A stretch of DNA of 64,000 nucleotides, from NCBI RefSeq assembly GCF_006345805.1, contig NC_043010.1, forward strand, positions 55,304,001 to 55,368,000. Direction: 5' to 3'. Both the position numbers and the translations under genes were made by a program. Each line of letters starts with the position of its first letter. Position 1 is the stretch's first letter. The stretch comes from Octopus sinensis. Lineage: Eukaryota. Under the pieces are notes generated by a model. It made no database searches. It saw only the letters and a program-made list of their open reading frames with translations, and was not told the DNA's origin. Of the stretch, positions 54,790 to 64,000 are shown piece by piece.

Positions 54790-55005
54790 ACCTGTAACAT
54801 GGCTGATGGGGGAGATTCAGCATAATAAAGTATGAGATATGGGTGACCCTCGGAAATATAGTTACAGCCCGTTTTTGCGACCTGATTTGAATGGAGCAAC
54901 AGGAAATAAAGTGTCTTAGTGAAGGACACGACACACTGCCCTGTATCGAACTCACGACCTTACAATCGCGAACCGAATAATCTATCTACTAATACACTTG
55001 CTTTT
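54790..55005 (-). mobile_element. Degenerate tRNA-headed SINE related to family D
   Basis: Minus strand GGTCGTGAGTTCGATAC (B box)..GTGTCCTT..AAGACACTTTATTTC..TTGCTCCA. Confidence 0.65.
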
Positions 55006-55533
55006 ACATTATGCTTTAATAACAACCAATTCTCCATCCATTCTCATTAAGGGCTGACACAAGTCTAAATAACAGCAACAACAAAAACTGACAACAAAAC
55101 CAACCGCAAATCTATCAAACTATTGTTGCTCTGCCTGGCACTAGAGACTCCATGATGAATATCAAAATCGAATTTAGTGGCATGTAATATATATCAACCG
55201 GAGATTAACATAATAATATCTTCGGAATACAACATGGTACTGTGTAATTATCTTGTTGTGTAATATGTCATGAGACATGATGTAAATTTCGAATTATGGA
55301 AACGACCTCTGTCAAGGAAATTCGTAAATGTTTGCAGTGCATGAACACTCTTTAACTCACCCTTGTTACGAAACATGACCCTTTCTCTCACTTATACAAT
55401 TCTCTCTCCCAACAACTTACAACTTACAGTCTCCTTCGAGCTTCTCTAAAAAGGGCCTTCTGAAATGTCTTTACGGTTTACACTTCAAGTATTCTTACGG
55501 GACGATCAATCAAGAGCCTGCTGCTATACAGTG

Positions 55534-55579
<46 letters not shown>

Positions 55580-55719
55580 AATGACGATGCTGATGCTGCT
55601 TATGATGATGATGATGACGACGACGACGACGACGACGATGATCATGATGCTATTAGTGACTATCAAAAATAGGGGTTTCTCATTGTCACAGGGACACAAA
55701 TGTAGGGGAAATATGCGAG

Positions 55720-55950
55720 TGGTTTCTGGCAGAGACGTTAGCACGCCGGGCGAAATGCTTACCGGCATTTCGTCTGCCGTTACGTTGTGAGTTCAAATTC
55801 CGCCAAGGTCGACTTTGCCTTTTATCCTTTCGGGGTCGATAAATTAAGTACCAGTTACGCACTGGGGTCGATGTAATCGACTTAATACCTATGTCTGTCC
55901 TTGTTTGTCCCCTCTATGTTTAGCCCCTTGTGGGTAATAAAGAAATAGGT
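55720..55950 (+). mobile_element. SINE family B
   Basis: Near-identical to 45311-45542. Confidence 0.92.
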
Positions 55951-56292
55951 TTCGCATTTCATGAAAGGTGTAGGGTACATAAAATCGTGGAGAAAAAGAA
56001 TGTTTGGTAGTAGAGAAGATTATTCAGTATTAGAATATTAGAATGCATGGGTGATGCAATGCTTCTAATATATGAGAGCCAGAGGCGAAAGCGTGGCTGT
56101 GAGGTAAGAAGTTTGCTTCCTAACCCCGTGCCACCTTGGGTAAGTACCCTCTACTATAACACCTGATCACCCAAAGCCTCGAGAGAGAATTTGAGAGGCG
56201 GATACGAAACATGTCGTGTACCTATTGCGCGTATGTGTACGCATGAATGTTAAAAATGCACACACACACACACACATACACACACATATAAA

Positions 56293-56696
56293 TCTTTATA
56301 TATAAAAGTGAAATTGTGTGAGTGTCTGTCTCCTACGATTTAGATTCCTAACTACTCCCACATTTTGCGGTGCAGTTTAACCAAAACCGGGTATCTTATT
56401 GTCGTGATTCATATCGAGCCCATCTGGGTATTAGCACGCGTCTACGATGAGTCTACGATTTAAAAAAAAATTACCATAATTTTTCTTCCATTTTTAATGC
56501 ATTTTTTTGCTATTATATAAGGGAAATAACTCTCTAAAAATGTCTACGATGAGTCTACTATTTAAAAAAAAAATTACCATAACTTTTTTCCATTTTTAAT
56601 GCATTTTTTTCTATTATATAAGGGAAATAAGTCTCTAAAAATGCTTATATAGTTATTTCCCTTACAAATCCGAGCAACGCCGGGCGATACTGCTAG
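56293..56696 (+). mobile_element. Complete non-autonomous Helitron
   Basis: A|TCTTTATATATAAAAG...CCGAGCAACGCCGGGCGATACTGCTAG|T. It has a 5' TC, a 3' hairpin plus CTAG and an AT target, with an internal tandem duplication of about 102 bp (56440-56642). Confidence 0.9.
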
Positions 56697-56830
56697 TATA
56701 TATATATATATATATGCATGTACTTATTTTTGCGCGGAAGTGACTGTATGTTAAGAAGCTTGCTTCCTAACCGCATGTTCCCAGGTTCAGTTCCACAGTG
56801 TGACACCTTGGAGAAGTGTCTTCTACTATG

Positions 56831-57760
56831 ATAACTATGAAGTTGGTTGGAGATTTCCCAGACGCAAGAAATGCCACAAGAGCTCTGGAAAAACGTTATG
56901 AGTATGCGCATTGGTCCATGCAAGAGGGGGTCATCGGCCATTGCGTTTTCATTTATGAATGTCGGTACATTTGGACCAGGCGGTACTGTTAGCCGAATTG
57001 TGAACCGTAGCGTGGGAAGAATTGCGACGTCACTTTCGCGCTGTCAGGAGAACTCGGCCTGGTTCACCATTCCATTGCAAATGATACCTATTTCTTTATT
57101 ACCCACAAGGGGCTAAACACAGAGGGGACAAACAAGGACAGACATAGGTATTAAGTCGATTACAACGACTCCAGTGCGTAACTGGTACTTAATTTATCGA
57201 CCCCGAAAGGATGAAAGGCAAAGTCGACCCCAGCGGAATTTAAACTCACAACGTAACGCAGACGAAATACCGCTAAGCATTTCGCCTGGCGTGCTAAAGT
57301 TTCTGCCAGCTCGCCGCCTTAAATGATACCGTTAGACGAAACTCTGTGGAGGAGTTCTTGGTGGAAACAGTTTGAGCATGTGCTGACATATTCCCAGCGG
57401 ATGATTCCGCCTATTTGATCTATGATAACGCGCGGTCACACATTCGTGCCAGGCTCCTAGCTGACGCTGACTGACGGATTAGTCTGTTACTCATGCCCCT
57501 CTATTCACCGTCTCTTAATTGTACAGAAATGTTGCATTTTCCCTACAATGTGGTTGTGAAGCGGGACCTCGCTCGAGGAGCAAAGGGTTGGCGACCAGGC
57601 AGATGGGAAGAAGCCAGTATGACCATGAAAGAATGGCGAGCAGATGTCATACAACGGGTCGTAAAGCGTAACATCGTAACATCGACGCTACTATTCCAGA
57701 AAATTGTGTTCGTTGGTATAGACTCTCCCTGACCTACGTCCCGAGATGCCTCAAGCGCCC
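56831..57760 (+). pseudogene. IS630/Tc1-like DDE transposase pseudogene interrupted by a SINE
   Basis: ITMKLVGDFPDARNATRALEKRYEYAHW..CVFIYECRYIWTRR..RGKNCDVTFALSGELGLVHHSIANDT|VRRNSVEEFL..YLIYDNARSH..MPLYSPSLNCTE..IPENCVRWYRLSLTYVPRCL. Confidence 0.88.
57089..57320 (-). mobile_element. SINE family B inserted in the transposase
   Basis: 10-bp TSD AAATGATACC at 57079-57088 and 57321-57330. Confidence 0.95.
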
Positions 57761-59149
57761 GGAAAAAGATGCCTAAATCTTTTCAAACGAACTCTCCTTA
57801 TCAATACTGTAAATCAATAATAATCTTAGTGTACATAACACCCTTTACCCGATGAAAGAAATAATACAAAATGCAAGAAATATATACTTTTCCCAACGAG
57901 ACATGTTATACAGAGGAAATCAAAGAAAACGAGGATTTGTTGTAATTGTGAGTTTCTCTAAAAAGACCGAAAAGGCTGGAATGCGATTTCATGAAATCGT
58001 TAACAATAAATATATATAACTATGCAGAAATAAAAAGAATACTTAGAAAAGACATGGACATGATAGAGTGCTTAAAGCATAAACAATGGACGAAAACACA
58101 TGATTATGATAACAATGATCATGAGATAAAACCAAAACAGCTCTGGTGCTAATTTGATTGCTCCAAGTGTTAAATAGATTGCTCCGAAGCGAATTTCAAT
58201 ACTCAAAAAGACGCTTCTTCACATTCTGACTAATTTGAACTCTCTCGGCGGGCATTTTGATTTGAATGATGTAAATGCTAAATTCTTTGACCGAAGTGTG
58301 AAATTGAATGATCGAGGAACGAATTTAAATGACTAACTTCATGGCGCTAACTTTTTTCGCGACTTTGAATGACCCCGCTTATCAAATTGAATGACAAAAG
58401 TATGGAAATAACTGCAAAAGCCTATATTTTCTGTTTAATTCGTATATCGAGGCACTACTGTAGTAATAACCACATTCTTAAGTTTCTTATTAAAATGTGT
58501 ATTAACATATCCTAGATAACGGAGTTTAGGGCTGTATATTAATTTATAACAGTGTTCAATTATTACGTATTATTCGTAAAAATATCTATCCCCAATTATT
58601 ATTTATTCGTAAAAGATTTGTAAGGTATTTCCTGGATACTGGTACTACGAAGTACATAATATCAAGTGTTTTTAATTGTGAAGCAGAATTTGATGTGTTA
58701 CTTCAGAAAATTATCGTAGAGAACAATAACGAGAAATCGGAAATGAGTAGAGACCAACGAGAAACGAGAACAGAGACGATATATCGAATGTCTGGGTCAA
58801 AGAGAAGGAGTACGAATTAGCAATGAAAAGGGGAGAGTCAGGAGCGATGAACAGCGTTAACTCAAGAGAAAAGGAACGGAATTCGTGCAGGGAATGGAAC
58901 TGGAATACGTCGTATGACGAGCGACGAAGCTGAAGCTACTAGAGTAAGGCAACTACTAATGAAGAAAACTGGTGTACGATGAAAAACGTTGATGGGGGAA
59001 ACATATGTTGAAGAAACCAAAATGAGAAACTGCTGGAATAGAAAGCAAAGCTGAAAGGAATAGACCAGATTACTCGGAGAAGTACCATAGATGAAATGGC
59101 ACAATATTATGACTGAGTGAGAAGAAATTGATGTCTAACACAAAATGAG

Positions 59150-59785
59150 CCGTGGAAGGCAGAATTATAGGTACCCCGGACAAAATGCTTAGTAGCGTAT
59201 CATCTGTCTTTAGGTTATGAGTTCAAATCCCACCGATGTCTAATTTGCCTTTCATTATGTAGAGGACCATAATCGACGAGCCTATTCCCACACTATTTCA
59301 GGCCTTGTGGTTATAATAGAAAGAATTATTACTATTATTAAGCCGACGCGTTGGCAGAACTGTTTGCAGATGTGACATAATCCTCAGCAACATTTCGCAC
59401 ATCTGTACGTTCCGAGTTCAAATTCTGCCGCGTTTTTTCAATGCCTTCTATCCTTTCTTCGTGGATTAAATAATTGTCAGTGATCGACTAACACGCTCCA
59501 CCAAAGTTTCATACTTTGTGCGAATAGTAGAAGGGATCATTAATTATTTTTGTTGCTGAGTCAGAGAGCTGAGAGAATCGTTAGCATGCCGGACATAATT
59601 GTTAGAAGCATTTTGCCCATCTTTTTAGTCTGAATTCAAATTCCGACCAGGTCGACTTCACCTTTTCATCCTTTCGCAGTCGATAAAATAAGAACTAGTC
59701 AAATACTGAGGTCAATATATTCAACCTACCCACTCCTAAAATTGCTGGCCTTGTGCGAAAATTAAAAGAAAAAGATTATTATTAT
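59150..59785 (+). mobile_element. Three consecutive degenerate family B SINEs
   Basis: Three GGCAGAA/GAGAGAA heads with GAGTTCAAAT-like B boxes and ATT-rich tails. Confidence 0.75.
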
Positions 59786-60582
59786 AATCATAATTACTGC
59801 TTTTATTATGATCATAATTATTATTGCAATCGTAATTATTATCAAAATTGGTACAGAAGCTATGGCTTTACAACATGAAACCCGATGTTACTGAAGACGA
59901 ATTTAAACTTTGTAATGAAAAGCTTTCTAAAAGGGTTAATAATTGACAGATTGCAGCTGAATGCTGAGGACATTGTCATCGTAATATCTCGATACTAAAA
60001 CAATTTGTTTCAATGTAAGATATGTCGACTGTTTTGTCTATAATTAGATAAACTTTGTTGTCTTTAATGGATATATGAAATGATCAAAATAAGCAGAACC
60101 AGTAACATTAGAAAATATTCCACTTGTTTTAGTGCTTGTGCAGTCCATGTCTTTAGCAATTTTGGAATCACAGCTGCCATTTATAATGTAGTCAACCAGA
60201 TAAAATAGCATTCTACAATATAAAAGCGACCATTTTCAGTTGTACTATTGCTACTTAACAGACCTGAAGGGGAAAAGGATTGAGTGAGCATAAAAACGAA
60301 GTACTTTACGAGATGTTTGATTTCGAAACTTAATGTGTTCTTTCTAATGCATTTCTGATTTAACTGATCCTACTTAACTGTTACACCTTATGTGAGACCG
60401 TAGGTGCGTACGTAGAACGAAAGAATAATGTTGTTTTACTGTCCTCAATTCAAGAAGCAAATATTCAACGTTAAAACTATGTTAATATTTCCCGTTCATA
60501 AACTGGTGTCATTTTGTTTTCTTCTCTGGATTTTGTATATTCATTGTTATCATTATCAGACTGATTATTCTAATCAAACATA

Positions 60583-60965
60583 CGCAGGCGTGGTTGTGCG
60601 GTAAGAAGCTTACTTCCCAGCCACAAGATTCCGGGTTCAGTCCCAATGTGTGGCACCTTAAGCTAGTGCTTTCTGCTATAGTCTCGGGCTTTGGTAGACG
60701 GTAACTGAAAAACGACGGTTGTATTTAGATGCATATATCTATGTGTGTGTCTCTTTCAGTCTGTGTTTTCCCCCTACCAACGCTTGACAACTGGTGTTGG
60801 TGTATATCCTATCTTAGTGGTTCGGTAAAAGAGACCGATAGAATAAGTACTAGTCCTACAAAGAATAAATCCTGGGAAACATTTCTTTGACTGAAACACT
60901 TCAATGCGGTGCTCCAGCATGGCCGCAGGCCAAATGATTGAAACCAGTAGAAGAAGAAAAGAATA
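60583..60965 (+). mobile_element. SINE family C
   Basis: CGCAGGCGTGGTTGTGCGGTAAGAAGCTT..GGTTCAGTCCC..GCGGTGCTCCAGCATGGCCGCAG. Confidence 0.88.
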
Positions 60966-61420
60966 GAGTTCTCCACTCCTTAATGGGCAGAAGCCATCGA
61001 TGACTTTTCTTTACTGTTCGTGACTCAAGGCTGTCATCTGCCTCTCACCAACTAGATCCCTGCTTTTTATTTCAGTTCCATTTCAGTATCTCCCAAGTAT
61101 TTTGGAGGCGTCCTCTCTTCTACCTATATTGTAGGCCCCAGTTTAGGGCTTCGTGTGTAATGCAGGATGATAGCTTTCTTTCAGATTTTTCTGCACCGTG
61201 TCTTTAGTTTCCCAGATGAAAAATCTTCCTCTCTTAAGTGTTGTTGCTTTGGGATTGTTATAGATTCTTCTGTAACTTTTCTGTAGATAGGGCTGTTGGT
61301 CTTACGCAAGCATACTTTTACTTCTAAGAAGAGGTCTTCCATTTTAGTGTGGCCTCTATTCTTTGTCTTGTACAGTATGGCAGGCTGTACAGAGTGCTTG
61401 CGTCCTGCTGGTGTATCGCT
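60966..61420 (-). mobile_element. RTE-clade LINE 3' remnant
   Basis: Minus-strand remnants ITHEALNWGLQY..RGRLQNTW..GSSW..VIDGFCPLRS fit the RTE pattern ALxWxPxGKRxRGRPxNTW..GxSW..VxGLC. Confidence 0.65.
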
Positions 61421-61579
61421 CAAGGTAAGTTTAGACGAACAATTTACGAAATATCTACCAAGTAATTACTGCTACACTTCTATTTACATTCGGAGTTCGG
61501 CTCGGTATTTCATCATCATCATCATCATCATCGTCGTCATTGTAGTCGTGGTCGTCATCATCACCAACAACAACAACAA

Positions 61580-61815
61580 CCCCTCTACTTTACTGTCTCA
61601 AGTCGTAAGACTCATAAGGCATGATACCGGGTTTCTTTGGCGTATAAGTGACCGAGATCGCAACATTTCCTGTGAACGGAGAGTGAGGAGTCCATCGCAA
61701 GTTTTCCTCATTTAAAAATGACCGAAGAGGAATCGAAACCGCGCCCGGGCCAGGAAACAAAAACAACAGTCTAGCCTCCGTGATTGCAACACAGTAACCA
61801 CCAGGTGCCTCCACA
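61580..61815 (-). mobile_element. Degenerate tRNA-headed SINE
   Basis: Minus strand begins GTGGAGGCACCTGGTGGTTA and contains GCGGTTTCGATTCC. Confidence 0.55.
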
Positions 61816-62914
61816 ATAAAGCACTAGACAAGAACTACGCTTAATGATATCGACACATCTTTGTTCATCAAAACTGCTGGAATTACGCAGAAACCGGAAA
61901 CAACTGTTTTTGTTATTTTTCATGTTAATGAACCAAGGTGTGGCGGATATACTTTTTTGCCGCGGTTCTGGTTGGATCACGGCCATAATAATAAATAAGG
62001 TTCTTGTTGCTATTGTTGTGAAGTTCAGTTTTACCGCATTAAATATAAAGTCGTTGCAAGAAGTCTCTTTTGGGGATATTTTGCCGCTAAAGACAGATAA
62101 TTGATTATTTTAGTAGCCACCCAGTTTCTCTTAAGCGGATAACAGTGATTCGCGTTTGAACATTCGTGTTATGTTTCCATATTCTGTAAACATTGTTTAC
62201 TTGATATACAACATGGCAGCGTATTGTGGAGGAGCGGTCAGAGATGCTTATCACAGAAGCCGTAGTCGCTAATGTAAATAGGTACACCCCTCAGATGCAA
62301 ACTTGTGAAAAACATATTAACAGTGCAGTAAAAAGAACAAAAATGTAAGACTAAAAGAATGAGGCAAAAAAAAAATTAATAATAAAACTAACACGGAATA
62401 AATAGATACAACAAAAACTGCAAAACGAAAAACAAAACTAATGAACTTCTTAAAAAACAACATGGAGATATTTTCTTTCTTCTTTAATCACTGTTCTTTC
62501 CTTTTTTTATGCTATTATAGTAGCAAGCTACAAAGAGCGTCTAGACAGGCCGACTTGAAGAAAGAAAAATAATATGTGTAGAAGAAGTGTGTTACAATAA
62601 TGCTAAACAAAAAAAAAGAAGAGAATACTTGAATTATATTCATTATTACACACAAACAGATACATATAAGTACATGTATATGTTTATACATAAATATATC
62701 ACATGCATATCTACCCATCTATCTACATTGCTCTTTCTCTTTCTCTCCCTCTCTCTCTTTCCATATATACTATGTATTTGATATATATACAGATAGAGTA
62801 GAGGACAAAATCTCCACGGACAAAAGCCGCATAGTTAAAGTGTGAAAGTGGACAGAATCCCTACTGTTATAGTTTTCGATTATCTTTATGTTTTTGTTTG
62901 TTTTTTTTCACCTG

Positions 62915-63563
62915 TTACTTGTTTCAGTCATTAGACTGCGGCCATGTTGGGGCACTGACTTAAAGAAATTTTTTTCTTGAACGTATCGACCCCAGAATTG
63001 CTTTTCATTTTTACTTGTTACAGTTATTAGTCTGCGGCCATTCTGGGACACCAGCTTGAAGTATTTTTAGTCGGATGTCTCGACGCTAGAATTTAAAAAA
63101 TTCTTACTCGTTGTTATTATTATTGTGCGGCCGTGCTGGGGCACCAACTAAAAGAATGTTTAGTCGAACGTAACGGACCTAGAATTATTTTTAATGCTTT
63201 TCGACAAGGGCATGAAGTTAAGCCTAGAACGTATCTCCACATGCTAGAAACAACATAACCCCCTCGGTATTTTTATTTTCTAAAAGTCTTATTCGATCAG
63301 TTTCTTTTGCCGAACCGCTAAGTTACGGGGACGCAAACACACCAGTATCGGTTGTCAAGCGATGTTGGCTGGGACAAACACAAACACACAAACACACACA
63401 TGCACACATACGACGGGCTTCTTTCAGTTTCCGTCTACCAAATCCACTCACAAGGCTTTGGTCGGCCCGAGGCTATAGTAGAAGACACTTGCCCAAGTTG
63501 CCACGCAGTGTGACTGAACTCGGAACCATGTGGTTGGTAAGCAAGCTACTTACCACACAGCCA
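62915..63563 (-). mobile_element. SINE family C with a triplicated 3' segment
   Basis: Young 5' part at 63290-63563, and three diverged copies of TACTTGTT.CAGT.ATTAG.CTGCGGCCAT..TGGG at about 62916, 63011 and 63104. Confidence 0.85.
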
Positions 63564-64000
63564 CACACTTCTGCAAAAGCAATCTTCCGCAGACAAAACT
63601 CACACAATGCTTTCAACAAGGGCAGAATCATTTAATGGCTTAGAAACAACTATGCTAGACGTGAACAGATTTCGTCAGTAATTTTTTGAGAAGCCTCGAT
63701 CGTAAATGGACGGATTAAGAGACTGAAAGTAAGCTAAAAAGACTTAACAATATTATAATTGATAATCACTTTCTGATTTTAACTAAAATTTCCCATGATT
63801 CTAATTTCTTGCCATCCACTTCGACAAACACCAAAATAAGTAGGTACTACACATTTTGCCACATTTTTCAGTTTCATTATCTATTTAATTGCATATCAGA
63901 GCATGTCAGAAAATATACGGGTGTATGATTAACATGTACAAACGGAAATGGTAGTACCGAAGATGGTGATATAATGGTAGAGACTGGATAGCAGGAGGAA

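Noticed and set aside
62208-62275. CAACATGGCAGCG as a gene start
   Set aside because: The frame closes after 19 codons and no supporting promoter or exon structure is visible.

Overview
This is AT-rich, repeat-saturated eukaryotic DNA, most likely intronic or intergenic. The repeat families resemble those of a coleoid cephalopod such as Octopus; this is my inference from recalled SINE families and was not checked by a search. I find no supportable host protein-coding gene. Most ORFs in the supplied track are translations of (TA)n, (CA)n, (GATA)n or (ATT)n microsatellites, or of SINEs. The window is a layered transposon graveyard containing at least four tRNA-derived SINE families, many with target-site duplications (TSDs), and decayed R4/Dong-like (restriction-like endonuclease) and RTE LINEs. 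It also holds Helitrons (a RepHel remnant and a complete non-autonomous copy), an internally deleted mariner, an IS630/Tc1-like transposase pseudogene split by a SINE, a hAT MITE, several local duplications and a 100-N gap. The most interesting signals are several minimal hammerhead-ribozyme motifs and long fold-back inverted repeats that look like Penelope-like pseudo-LTRs, and a SINE family that forms head-to-tail multimers with the same junction at independent loci.
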